A DNA stretch of 64,000 bases from an uncultured Alphaproteobacteria bacterium (GCA_943787225.1 CALSLP010000003.1:447643-511642), one strand, 5' to 3'. Shown: positions 18,805 to 28,767, counted from the stretch's first letter. Translations and numbers: made by a program. Notes: a model not told the origin generated them from the letters alone.

Positions 18805-20073
18805 TTACGTCCCATGCGGTCCTTGCCCCTTATCAGGGTCACCTTCCAGAGCGCTCACCATTATTTTTCGCTGGCGAAAAACCCAGACCAAAGCTCCGGC
18901 ACCGATTATCGCGCCACAAGCCAGCGCCGACTGAAACCCGATAAACTCTGCCGCCGACCCCATCGCAAAAGCGCCAAGCGCTGGTCCGCCACGATAGACC
19001 ATACCGTAGAGGCTCATCACCCGCCCGCGCATCGCGCCATCGACGGCATTTTGCATCAGAGTTTGTGTCCCAGTACCACCGACCACAATGGCCGCCCCAA
19101 TAAAAGCGGCGCAAACCAGACCAAAGACAAATGATTGGGTCGCGGTAAAAGCAAACAGGCTAACAATGCCGAGGACCAGCGCACCGATAACGATCCGCGT
19201 CATCCCCACAACGGTGCCGCGCTGTGCTAACCAGATCGCTGCAATAGTCGCCCCGACAGCAGACGCCGCCATCAAATTACCGAGCCCGGTCGGCCCGAGA
19301 TTGTAGACTGTGTCAGTCACCCCCGCCAATAACTCCAGGGTCGGCTTTATGCCGATCGCCAACGCAATGACGAGAATCAAAACCGGGCGAATACCGGGGT
19401 GTTTTGCGGCATAGCGCATGCCTTCGGTCGCCTGCACGAATATATTGGCGGAACTCTTCGCGCCGCGCTCATCGCGGATCATGCGGGCCTGCAGAAGACA
19501 GGCCAGAAAGATCGCGAAGGTGATTCCATTGATCAAAAATGTCGGCCCAGGACCAAACGCAGCGATCAGATAACCGGCCACCATCGGCCCGATAAACCGC
19601 GCAAGATTGAAAATCGCCGAATCCATAGCGACCGCCGACGGAACATGCTCACGTTCCATCAGATTGGGGACCATAGACAACCGGGCCGCTGTATTGAACG
19701 CCCAGACAATACCGATAAACAAGGTGAGTCCGATCAGCCACCAAATATTGAGCAAACCAGCAAAGGCAAGGGCCGCGAGCGCCAATGCCTGCAACATGCC
19801 GAGAAATTGCGTCACAAACATCATCCGATGACGGTTCACGCGATCCGCAACCACCCCCGCAATCGGGGTAAAAAAGATCGTCGGCAGAAGATCGGCCGCC
19901 ACGACAATACCAAGCCAAAATCCCGACTTCGTAAATTCCCAAGCCAGCCAGCTAATGGTGAGGCGTTGTCCCCAGATGCCAATCAAGCCGATGGAACTGC
20001 CCGCGAAATACCAGGCAAAATTCCGCTGTTTCAGCGCGGCGGTAATGGCATCGAGATTTGCGAAACGGGCCAT
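18805..20073 (-). CDS. MFS transporter (EntS/MFS_3-like), paralogue 2
   Basis: 422 aa, colinear with 16504-17787 over its full length. Confidence 0.8.
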   Translation of the reverse strand: MARFANLDAITAALKQRNFAWYFAGSSIGLIGIWGQRLTISWLAWEFTKSGFWLGIVVAADLLPTIFFTPIAGVVADRVNRHRMMFVTQFLGMLQALALAALAFAGLLNIWWLIGLTLFIGIVWAFNTAARLSMVPNLMEREHVPSAVAMDSAIFNLARFIGPMVAGYLIAAFGPGPTFLINGITFAIFLACLLQARMIRDERGAKSSANIFVQATEGMRYAAKHPGIRPVLILVIALAIGIKPTLELLAGVTDTVYNLGPTGLGNLMAASAVGATIAAIWLAQRGTVVGMTRIVIGALVLGIVSLFAFTATQSFVFGLVCAAFIGAAIVVGGTGTQTLMQNAVDGAMRGRVMSLYGMVYRGGPALGAFAMGSAAEFIGFQSALACGAIIGAGALVWVFRQRKIMVSALEGDPDKGQGPHGT

Positions 20074-20125
20074 AGGGGAGAACGACTCGAAAAATTAAAA
20101 CAGGGGCTGGGTATAGCGCCTATTC

Positions 20126-21368
20126 TTACTCCTCAATCGGATTTCCTTCCAGAGCGGGACGTATTTGGCGCCAGCGCGAAAGAACCCAGATCAACACAGG
20201 GATGCAGAAAATCAATGCGCCCCCGATGAGCGTGGGCTGCAAACCAATCAAATCGCCCATGATACCCATCAGCAACGCCCCAAGAGCCGGGACCCCGCGA
20301 TGCAACATGCCGTAGAGGCTAAGGACCCGTCCTCGAATGGCGCCATCGACCGAATGCTGCATTAAGGTCTGAACACCGGTACCGGTCAGCGTGATCGAAC
20401 TCCCGGCAATAAAAGAGCCAATTAACCCAAGCCAGAACATATCCGAGATACACATCAGGACGATACCAAGCGGCCCAACGATAAGCGCCGACAGTGTTAT
20501 GACAGTGAGCCCTTCAATGCGTCCCCGCAAAGCGAGCCATACCGCACACAGAACCGCCCCGGTGCCCCCCGCTGCCGCAAGCTGCGCAAAGCCATTTACA
20601 CCGCTATTGAAAACCGTATCAGCCAGACCCGGCAGCAGATCCAGAAACGGCTTTACCGACATCGCCAGCGCCGTCAGCACAACCAGCATCGGGCCGATAC
20701 CGGGATGTTTGGCAGCGTATCGTCATCCCTTCGAGGGTTTGGGTCAGCATTCCACCCGTCCGCCCACGGGACTCATTTCGGACCAGTCGGATTTTCATCA
20801 GGCACACCAAAAACACGACATATGTCAGACAATTCACCAGGAAAGCGCCCGCGATGCCTAAGGTAGCAATCAACCCCGCCGCGACCATCGGGCCGACGAC
20901 GCGGGCGGAATTATAGATGGCCGCATCGCTCGCCAAGGCCGAGGGGACATGCTCGCGCCTGCATCAGGTTTGGCACCATCGCGAGCCGCGCCGCCGTCGC
21001 ATAGGCCATGGCGATGCCAAGGATGAATGTCAGGAAAAACAGCGACCAGATATCGATCCAGTCTGTAAAAACCAGAACGGTCAAAACAACAGCCTGCAGA
21101 AAACCGGCAAACTGGCTGATCAAGGACAGTTTGACGGCGGTCGACCCGGTCTGCCAGAACGCCGGCGATAGGGGTCAAAATGATTGTTGGGAACAAATCT
21201 GCGAAGGCAATCAACCCAAGCCAGGTCGCTGATTTTGTAAGCTCCCAGGCCAGCCAGGCCACCGCAATGCGCTGGGCCCACATGCCGATCAAGCGCAATG
21301 CCGGCACCGCTCATATAGATGGCAAAATTTCGTTGCTTCCAAGCGTCGGCAACGTTGGCGAAGGCCAA
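20126..21368 (-). pseudogene. MFS transporter paralogue 3, disrupted by at least 4 frameshifts
   Basis: Five overlapping ORF fragments (21120-21368, 20870-21307, 20911-21123, 20619-20936, 20126-20689) together reconstruct a colinear homologue of the two upstream MFS genes (MAFANVADAWKQRNF ... TQTLMQHSVDGAIRGRVLSLYG). Confidence 0.7.
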
Positions 21369-21371
21369 AGC

Positions 21372-21563
21372 CTAGCCGCCCTTAAGACGTACAATCAGAA
21401 TCGCCGACATCGCGATCAATGCGAGACCGGCATTGAGGGGCCAATACCCCTTACGGCGCGCCGTCGCGTCGAGTTCCTTGTTTCGCAGCGTACCGATACC
21501 CCGAAAAACGAATACGCAGCCGAGACCCAGCATGACGCCGAAACCAGTCGACTCCCAGTTCAT
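21372..21563 (-). CDS. Small two-helix membrane protein (hypothetical)
   Basis: 63 aa with two hydrophobic segments. Its ATG overlaps the stop of the upstream CinA-like gene (ATGA at 21560-21563), which suggests translational coupling. Confidence 0.45.
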   Translation of the reverse strand: MNWESTGFGVMLGLGCVFVFRGIGTLRNKELDATARRKGYWPLNAGLALIAMSAILIVRLKGG

Positions 21564-22360
21564 TTGTCTTCGGGCTCCGCCGAGGCCTGGGCTTTGTCTG
21601 GATCTTCTTCCACCGGCTTACCACCAAGATCGCGCATTGCCTGCATGGTTTCACCATGCGCCTCATCAAGCCGCGCCTGATCCCGCCCGCGCAATACGAG
21701 CGATACCATGAATTTCCGATCCTCCCGCATTTGCGGATAGCTGCCGATATCAATGTCCGGGTACCGATCCTGTAACGCAGAGAGTGAATCGGCGATTGTC
21801 CCTTCACCGAGATCAATGGCCAGCCCTCGCGAGAGCACCTTCGAGCCACCGTCCAGATGCTTGATCGCCTCGCTAAACATCATCTGCATGATCCGCGGCA
21901 CACCCGCCATCACGAAAACATTGTCGAGCTTGTAGCCCGGCGCAATACTAATTTCGTTTTTCAGTAATTCAGCCCCTTCCGGGAAGGTCGCCATCCGCAG
22001 CCGCGCATCATTCATAACCTCGCCGCGCTCTTCGACACGCGCCGTCATCGCCGCCACGGTTTCAGGGTCTTTGTATAAGCCGACACCAAAAGCAGCCGCG
22101 ACACATTCGGTTGTGATGTCATCATGCGTCGGGCCAATGCCGCCGGTGGTGAAGACATAGTCATACTCTGCGCGCGCCTTGTTGATCAGATCGATAATCG
22201 TGTCCGGCACGTCGGGAATGATGTAGGCCGCTCCCATTTGGATTCCGACCTCATTGAGGCCCTTAGCGATGAAGGCAAGGTTCTTGTCCTGAGTTCTGCC
22301 GGAAAGAATTTCGTTCCCAATCAGAATAAGACAGGCTTTAACAATTTTAGACTCGGCCAT
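21560..22360 (-). CDS. CinA-like molybdopterin-binding (MoCF_biosynth) domain protein
   Basis: Starts MAESKIVKACLILIGNEILSGRTQDKN and contains TTGGIGPTHDD. The internal start at 22360 was chosen. Confidence 0.75.
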   Translation of the reverse strand: MAESKIVKACLILIGNEILSGRTQDKNLAFIAKGLNEVGIQMGAAYIIPDVPDTIIDLINKARAEYDYVFTTGGIGPTHDDITTECVAAAFGVGLYKDPETVAAMTARVEERGEVMNDARLRMATFPEGAELLKNEISIAPGYKLDNVFVMAGVPRIMQMMFSEAIKHLDGGSKVLSRGLAIDLGEGTIADSLSALQDRYPDIDIGSYPQMREDRKFMVSLVLRGRDQARLDEAHGETMQAMRDLGGKPVEEDPDKAQASAEPEDK

Positions 22361-22498
22361 GACGATATTTCTCGTTTGTGATGCGCCTCTATATAGCGCG
22401 CCAATGAAGAACATGCACCCCCAGGCGTGGTTCAGACGGTTTCGGTGACGGTTATTATTCCGTATTCTTCGGCATCACATTTGCAAGGAAAAATTACC

Positions 22499-23407
22499 AT
22501 GAAAAGCAAAGGTCAGCGCCTCCGCGAACTTATTGAAGCCCCAGAAATCCTGATCTGTCCCGGCGTCTATGACGGGTTTAGCGTCCGCATGGCGGCCCAG
22601 TACGGCTACGGCACCGCCGTGATCTCGGGTGCGGGGGTTTCTGAATGCCATCTTGGCTGGGCCGATAAGGGAATCATGGGCTATGAAGAAAATGTTCGGG
22701 TGTGTCGCGCCCTGGCAGATTGTTCGGAAGACCTTTTGCTGCAGGCCGACGCCGATACAGGCTATGGCAACGCCGTAAACGTTCATTTTGTGGTACGCGG
22801 ATTTGAATCCGCCGGGATGGCCGCTGTCATGATCGAAGATCAGGTCTGGCCGAAACGCTGCGGCCACCTCGAAGGCAAGTCCGTGATCCCCGCCGATGAA
22901 ATGGTCGAGAAGGTAAAATCCGCTACCGATGCCCGGCGCGATGAGAGCTTTGTCATCAAGGCACGCACCGATGCCGCCGGGCCACTCGGCATCAACGCCG
23001 CCATCGACCGGATGAACATGTATGCCGAAGCCGGAGCGGATGTGCTGTTCGCCGACGCGCTGATGTCAGAAGAAGACATTGCCAATGCCGCCAGGAACGT
23101 GCCGAAACCGCTGACCGTCAATATGGGGCTCGGGCTGTTATTCCGCGGCACCACACCGCTGATCCATCCCAAACGTCTACAGGAGATGGGCGTCGCGATG
23201 GTCAGCTATCCACGGCTGATGTCGACCGGTGCCGTGCGCGGCATGGCGAATGCGATGGACGCCCTCGGCGAGATGATCGAAGGCGATGAGCCAGTCGAAC
23301 GACCCGACCTGCTGATGCCGTTCAAAGACCTCAACAGTCTGGTCGGCATCGATTATTTGAACGAACTTGAAGAACGCTACGCCACGCCGTCAGACGCTGC
23401 CGAGTAA
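22499..23407 (+). CDS. Isocitrate lyase/PEP mutase superfamily protein
   Basis: CPGVYDG, DADTGYGN and IEDQVWPKRCGH motifs. AAGGAA ribosome-binding site before the ATG at 22499. Confidence 0.8.
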   Translation: MKSKGQRLRELIEAPEILICPGVYDGFSVRMAAQYGYGTAVISGAGVSECHLGWADKGIMGYEENVRVCRALADCSEDLLLQADADTGYGNAVNVHFVVRGFESAGMAAVMIEDQVWPKRCGHLEGKSVIPADEMVEKVKSATDARRDESFVIKARTDAAGPLGINAAIDRMNMYAEAGADVLFADALMSEEDIANAARNVPKPLTVNMGLGLLFRGTTPLIHPKRLQEMGVAMVSYPRLMSTGAVRGMANAMDALGEMIEGDEPVERPDLLMPFKDLNSLVGIDYLNELEERYATPSDAAE

Positions 23408-23412
23408 CTGAT

Positions 23413-24148
23413 TTAGCGGGCGATGCCGGCGGCAACGGCCTGCCGGATCGAGGCTGGAACCGGCTTAGGTGCGGCTGGCTTGGCGGCGACAACTTCGGCC
23501 TCAAGATTAAACGCGATAGAAATTCTGTCGCCCTGAGCCCTTAAACGGATTGACGAAATGGTTGAGCCATCCCGGCCACATTAACAAAAGACCTGGTTCA
23601 GGGTTGATGCGTTCCTTGCCGCCATGAATGTTCCCAGGCCGCGGATCCTGAAACTCAATCCAGCCGTTAAAATCGGGCTGAGGTTCGGGCTCACCCATAC
23701 AGACGTAGTAACAGCCCGACCACACGGCCCCCGGATGATTGTGAATCTTGTTGTAGCCACCGTCGCGAATAACGTTGGCCCAGCAGCCGCCATAGACCTT
23801 GACCTCAATATCGCCATCTATCCCCGGCGGCAGCATCGTCGCGGTGATATCGCGTCCTGCAGCCATAATAGCCGATTCGAGAACCTTGATTTCCGGTTCG
23901 GCCCAGTCCAACAGATCGGCGCTGGAATGCCATCCACCAACATTACTGGCCTTAAGACCTTCAGTGGTCCGTTCACGATCCAGCACGATTTCCCGTAGCC
24001 GATCATTGAGCGGCAAGACATCATCAAGCGTCCGCTCCATCATAACGGTCGGAAAAACCTGCTTGAATTCGCCCTGCACCATAAGAACCCCATTTGCCCA
24101 AACAAACCGCGTTACCGATTGCGTGATTCTGCCGTGACTAATCATCAC
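23413..24148 (-). pseudogene. Putative 2OG-Fe(II) oxygenase (TIGR02466-like), frameshifted near the 3' end
   Basis: The body has GGWHS, NHPG and WPGWLNH motifs. After ...NPFKGSG the family-typical DRISIAFNLE... continues in the +1 frame to a TAA at 23413-23415. The slip is at a GGG run (plus-strand CCC, 23531-23533). Confidence 0.6.
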
Positions 24149-24398
24149 TAATACGTGATCTGCGAACTATACAGAGATCGCCCTCCTAATCAAAAGGATA
24201 TCGAAAGCGTGAAAAAGCTCACCCTGAGCAGGGTTTAGACACTATTCTGATCCGTATAGCTTGCCGGAAACGACTTTTCATGCGATTGAGCAACGAAATT
24301 GTAATAGTCGGCCTGCTATCAGATAGCAGGCCAGTCATTAAAACCATGGCAACTACGCGGCAACTAAACGGCAATCACAGAAACAAGCGAGCGCACTG

Positions 24399-25190
24399 GT
24401 GGACGGAACATTAATTACCATTCATACCGAAGACGACTTCGAGTCGATGCGCCGGGCCGGCAAACTCGCCGCGGAAGTCCTCGACATGATCACGCCGCAT
24501 GTTGTCCCCGGTGTAACAACCGAAGCGCTTGATCAGCTGTGCCACGATTTCATTATCGGACACAATGCCATCCCCTCGCCGCTGAATTATCGCGGCTTCC
24601 CGAAATCAATTTGTACCTCAATCAACCACGTAGTCTGTCACGGCATCCCTGGCGACAAAGTTCTGCGCGATGGAGACATCGTCAATATCGACATCACGGT
24701 GACGCTCGATGGCTGGCATGGCGATACCAGCCGGATGTTCCCGGTCGGCAATGTCGGCGTAAAAGGGAAACGGCTCATCGAAGTGACTTACGAGGCGCTG
24801 ATGCGCGGCATTGAAGTCGTCCGGCCCGGCGCCACGGTTGGCGATATCGGCCATGCCATTCAGAGTTTTGTCGAAAAGCAACGCTTCTCGGTGGTCCGGG
24901 ATTTTTGCGGTCACGGCCTTGGCAAGGTGTTTCATGCGCCGCCGAGTATCCTGCATTACGGCACCCCCGGCGAAGGCCCGGAAATCCGCGAAGGCATGTT
25001 CTTCACAATCGAACCGATGATCAATTCCGGCCGCTACGAGACCAAAATCCTGGCCGATGGCTGGACCGCTGTCACCAAGGATCGTTCTCTCTCGGCCCAG
25101 TTCGAGCATTCGATTGGCGTGACCAAGGACGGGCATGAAATCTTTACGACGTCGCCCACTGGTCTCGATTGCCCGCCTTACAACAGCTAG
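24399..25190 (+). CDS. map: Type I methionine aminopeptidase
   Basis: 263 aa. Motifs NHVVCHGIP, DIVNIDIT, GHGLG and FTIEPM. GTG start. Confidence 0.9.
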   Translation: MDGTLITIHTEDDFESMRRAGKLAAEVLDMITPHVVPGVTTEALDQLCHDFIIGHNAIPSPLNYRGFPKSICTSINHVVCHGIPGDKVLRDGDIVNIDITVTLDGWHGDTSRMFPVGNVGVKGKRLIEVTYEALMRGIEVVRPGATVGDIGHAIQSFVEKQRFSVVRDFCGHGLGKVFHAPPSILHYGTPGEGPEIREGMFFTIEPMINSGRYETKILADGWTAVTKDRSLSAQFEHSIGVTKDGHEIFTTSPTGLDCPPYNS

Positions 25191-25260
25191 GCTGCAAGCC
25201 CCTTCCTGAGAACCCATTGCAACGCTAAGCTGTTTTCAAACAGGTACATGCGCGTGGAAT

Positions 25261-25947
25261 ATGGCTCAGGACAACCCATCTGATCAGAAAGGTCATCGCC
25301 AACGGTTGCGGCAGCGATTTGTTGAAGCTGGTCCCGGCGCATTGGCTGATTATGAAATGCTGGAGTTGCTGCTGTTTCATGTCATTCCGCGCCGCGACAC
25401 CAAACCCGTCGCCAAGCGGCTAATCAATCACTTTGGCTCCTACGCCGCCGTGCTCCGTGCCGAGGTCAAAGCCCTGAGCACCATCAAAGGTGTCGGTGAA
25501 ACCACCGCGATCATGTTGAAATCAGTCGCCGATGCCGCCGAACGACTGGCGCGCGATGAAGTGATGGATCGGGTGGTGCTCAGCAGTTGGGAAGCGCTAA
25601 CGGATTATCTCAAGATAAGCATGGCGAGGCAGGAAACCGAGCGGTTCCGTATTTTATTTCTCGATGTCAAAAATGCGCTCATCGCCGATGAAGAACAGCA
25701 AAGCGGGACGGTCAATCATGCCCCGGTCTATCCGCGTGAAGTTATTAAACGCGCGCTCGAACTTAGTGCCAGCGCACTAATCCTGATCCACAATCATCCG
25801 TCGGGCATTCCCGACCCCTCGCCCGCCGATATCGATATGACTCGCAAAATCGAGGAAGCCGGTGAGCCGCTCGGCATTCGACTTCATGATCACATCATCG
25901 TTGCCCGCGAAGGCACATTCAGCATGCGGTCAGAGGGGATAATCTAA
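25261..25947 (+). CDS. radC: RadC-family JAB-domain protein
   Basis: HRQRLRQRF N-terminus, HhH region, and the C-terminal HNHPSG JAMM motif. Confidence 0.85.
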   Translation: MAQDNPSDQKGHRQRLRQRFVEAGPGALADYEMLELLLFHVIPRRDTKPVAKRLINHFGSYAAVLRAEVKALSTIKGVGETTAIMLKSVADAAERLARDEVMDRVVLSSWEALTDYLKISMARQETERFRILFLDVKNALIADEEQQSGTVNHAPVYPREVIKRALELSASALILIHNHPSGIPDPSPADIDMTRKIEEAGEPLGIRLHDHIIVAREGTFSMRSEGII

Positions 25948-25948
25948 C

Positions 25949-25969
25949 CCTCTGCCGCAGCAGCAGAGG
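25949..25969. terminator. Hairpin between convergent radC and the response-regulator gene
   Basis: CCTCTGC-CGCAGCA-GCAGAGG (7-bp stem). There is no clear T-tract, so this is a weak call. Confidence 0.35.
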
Positions 25970-25976
25970 CATCAAT

Positions 25977-26447
25977 TCAATTGGTCGGCGGCAACACAAC
26001 GATTTCGAACCAGAAATTCTCAATCTTGGTGACCACATCGAATAACCCGTTAACATCGAGCGGCTTGCGAATATAGCAGTTGGCATGCGCGGCATAGCAC
26101 GCAGTAACATCCTGTTCTTCGCCTGATGTCGTCATAATAATAACCGGAATTACCTTTAACGAATCATCGCTCTTGACCTCTTGAAGTACCTCCCGACCGT
26201 CCTTCCGCGGCAAATTAAGATCGAGTAGAATGAGATCTGGTATCGGCGCATCTTCATGACCATTCTCGCGACGTAGAAAGCTCATCGCCTGTTCACCATC
26301 GAGGACGAGATGAAGAGTATTGGACACCTTTGACTGTTTTAACGCCTCTGAGGTCAATCTCGCATCGGCCGCATTGTCCTCAACAAGAAGTATTTCAACT
26401 GACCGCTTATCGCTGTGCATTTCTTCTCTCAACTGATCGAAATTCAT
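25977..26447 (-). CDS. Single-domain response regulator (CheY-like receiver)
   Basis: ILLVEDN, LILLDLNLP and IRKP receiver signatures. The start at 26447 (MNFDQL) lies downstream of the upstream gene's stop. Confidence 0.85.
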   Translation of the reverse strand: MNFDQLREEMHSDKRSVEILLVEDNAADARLTSEALKQSKVSNTLHLVLDGEQAMSFLRRENGHEDAPIPDLILLDLNLPRKDGREVLQEVKSDDSLKVIPVIIMTTSGEEQDVTACYAAHANCYIRKPLDVNGLFDVVTKIENFWFEIVVLPPTN

Positions 26448-26484
26448 TGGTATTACGCCGGCACGGGGAATCCGGATGGTGATC

Positions 26485-28767
26485 TCAAGAAGCAACCTCA
26501 AGATTATCTTTGAGGTCATCATTGTAATCAGCCAGCCAGACATCCAGAACATCTGAAAATACAGGTTTGCTAAAGAAATACCCCTGCGCCTCATGGCAGC
26601 CCATTTCGCGCAAAAGCTCTAACTGTTCGGGGTTTTCAACGCCTTCCGCCACCACTCGAAAGCCCAGCCTCGCACCCAGATTGATTGTGGATTCGGCGAT
26701 CGCGGCATCCGTTGGATTCTCACAAATCCGATTCACGAAGCTACGATCAATCTTCAGACTATCGACAGAGAGCCGTTTCAACACTGATAGAGAAGAATAG
26801 CCGGTACCAAAATCATCGAGCGATATTCGAACACCCAGATCCCGCAATGAATCGATGATACGTGCCGAGGCATCGATGTCGTCAATTACCGCCGTTTCGG
26901 TGATTTCCAACTCGAGCATATCGGCGGCAAATCCGGTTTCATTGAGTATGTTCCTGATACGACTTGGGAGCTCCGGCTGTTTGAGCTGCCGCGCTGAAAG
27001 ATTGACTCCGAGACGTATTCTGCTCTGCGTCAGCTTCTGCCGCTTCACGGTTTCTTCGCAGGCTCTTTTAAGCACCCAATCTCCGATTGGGATGATCAGC
27101 CCGCTTTCCTCCGCAACCGGCAGAAAACTGTCTGGAAAGCATAATCCATGACCGGGACGGTCCCAGCGGATTAGCGCTTCAACGCCAGCAATGACGTTAT
27201 TGTCGAGATCAATCTGAGGCTGATACGCGACTTTTAAGCTTTCATCGTCGATCGCCCGCGTCAGATCAACTTTACAGGATCGACGGCTTTCATCCTGTTC
27301 GCGCATGGCGGTATCGAAGAACTGATACATGTCGCCACCCGATTCCTTGGCGCGATACAGTGAGAGATCAGCATCTTTTTTCAGCTGCTCCGGATCGCGT
27401 GAATCATCAGGAAACATCGCGATACCAATGCTGGGTTTGATGGCGACTGTTTTGCCTTCAACAACGCATGGCGCGTGCATTGCCTCCAGCAAGGATTGCG
27501 CAACTTTGGCCGCCCCATTCGGCGCATGCAGATTATTCAACACGACGGTGAATTCGTCGCCGCCGAGCCGCGCGACGAAATCCGAATTTCGCGTGACCTC
27601 CAACAAGCGCTCAGACACCCGCTTCAGAATTTCATCACCCACGTGATGACCAAGCGTGTCATTGACGCCTTTGAAGCCATCAAGATCAAGATAAAACAGC
27701 GCCAGCTGAGTGCCATTGCGATCATTGTTTTGCATCGCGCTGACCAGCATTTCGTCATACATCGACCGGTTGAGCAAACCGGTCAATGGATCGCGCTGCG
27801 CCAGATCCTTGACCAAGGCTTCTGCATGACGCCGGTCAGTTACATCGACGGCCGTCACCATGATAAAGGTTGTTTTTCCGTCACCGGCCCGAAGCGGGCA
27901 ACCCGACAGGATCATTCGAGTCCCAACATCTGCTCCCCGCAGAACAGCGCTGGCTTCAAAACTCGATGTTGTTCCGTTGGACCAGACTTTCAGTGCCTGC
28001 CGGGCAGCAGCTCGATCCGGCGATCCAAATAGATGCCAAAAGCTTTGCTCTTCGGAAACATCCGTTTCCTGCAGACCAAGCATCTCGCGCATCGGTGCGT
28101 TGATCTCAAGAGTGGCACCACCGGGGGCAATGTGCCACACGCCAATACGGCTTGCCTGGGCAACCGTCCGATAAGTGGCCTCGCTATCATTGTTTGAAGA
28201 CAGATAGCTGATATCCGAGCTATCCGGCGCCTTCGCGAGATGCTCCGCCAGTTTGATGATGTTAGCGCTTTCTGCCTCAAGCTGCGCCGTGGTCTTTTGC
28301 AGTCTGACATTGGATTCTTCCAACTCATCGCATTTTTCCCACAGCTCAACAGCTGATCGTTGCCGCTCAATGGCATGACGAATGGTCCGGTCCAGGGAGA
28401 CCGCATTGACATCCTGCTTGGATAAAAAGGCAGAGGCGCCGGCAGCCATCGCCGCCATATCTATTTCGCGACTGTCAAACCCGGTCAGCAAGACCATCGG
28501 TGCGGTGACATCGCGCGCCATCTCGCGGATCAGGTCGATACCGATGCCATCACCCAAGTTATGATCAAGTAAAATGGCATCAAAACTGCCAGGCGAATCA
28601 GTTAGCATTGTTCGTGCTATGTCCAGCCGGTCAACGGCGTGAACCTGGTATTCCGGAGAGTCTATCCCCCGTAAAAATTCTTTAATAAGACGTTGATCAG
28701 CCGGATTATCTTCAACCAGCAGAATCGTCGTTGTATCCTGTGATTTTCTGTCTAGCTGACTCGCCAT
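26485..28767 (-). CDS. Response regulator with REC-PAS-GGDEF-EAL domains (c-di-GMP turnover)
   Basis: 760 aa. It has an N-terminal receiver (ILLVEDNPAD ... ILLDHNL), a central PAS-like region, an intact GGDEF (RLGGDEF), and an EAL domain (EALIRW, DDFGTGYSS). Confidence 0.85.
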   Translation of the reverse strand: MASQLDRKSQDTTTILLVEDNPADQRLIKEFLRGIDSPEYQVHAVDRLDIARTMLTDSPGSFDAILLDHNLGDGIGIDLIREMARDVTAPMVLLTGFDSREIDMAAMAAGASAFLSKQDVNAVSLDRTIRHAIERQRSAVELWEKCDELEESNVRLQKTTAQLEAESANIIKLAEHLAKAPDSSDISYLSSNNDSEATYRTVAQASRIGVWHIAPGGATLEINAPMREMLGLQETDVSEEQSFWHLFGSPDRAAARQALKVWSNGTTSSFEASAVLRGADVGTRMILSGCPLRAGDGKTTFIMVTAVDVTDRRHAEALVKDLAQRDPLTGLLNRSMYDEMLVSAMQNNDRNGTQLALFYLDLDGFKGVNDTLGHHVGDEILKRVSERLLEVTRNSDFVARLGGDEFTVVLNNLHAPNGAAKVAQSLLEAMHAPCVVEGKTVAIKPSIGIAMFPDDSRDPEQLKKDADLSLYRAKESGGDMYQFFDTAMREQDESRRSCKVDLTRAIDDESLKVAYQPQIDLDNNVIAGVEALIRWDRPGHGLCFPDSFLPVAEESGLIIPIGDWVLKRACEETVKRQKLTQSRIRLGVNLSARQLKQPELPSRIRNILNETGFAADMLELEITETAVIDDIDASARIIDSLRDLGVRISLDDFGTGYSSLSVLKRLSVDSLKIDRSFVNRICENPTDAAIAESTINLGARLGFRVVAEGVENPEQLELLREMGCHEAQGYFFSKPVFSDVLDVWLADYNDDLKDNLEVAS

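Noticed and set aside
19399-20229. 276-aa plus-strand ORF antisense to the second MFS gene. Similar cases are 62215-63228 (antisense to the amidohydrolase), 27475-28032 and 33913-34455.
   Set aside because: These are shadow ORFs opposite well-supported genes. They have no recognisable motifs, and their composition is typical of antisense frames.
16323-21368. Genomic island integrated at tRNA-Leu.
   Set aside because: I saw no integrase or recombinase, no direct repeat of the tRNA 3' end, and no obvious compositional break by eye. The adjacent genes are old paralogues rather than a mobile cargo.
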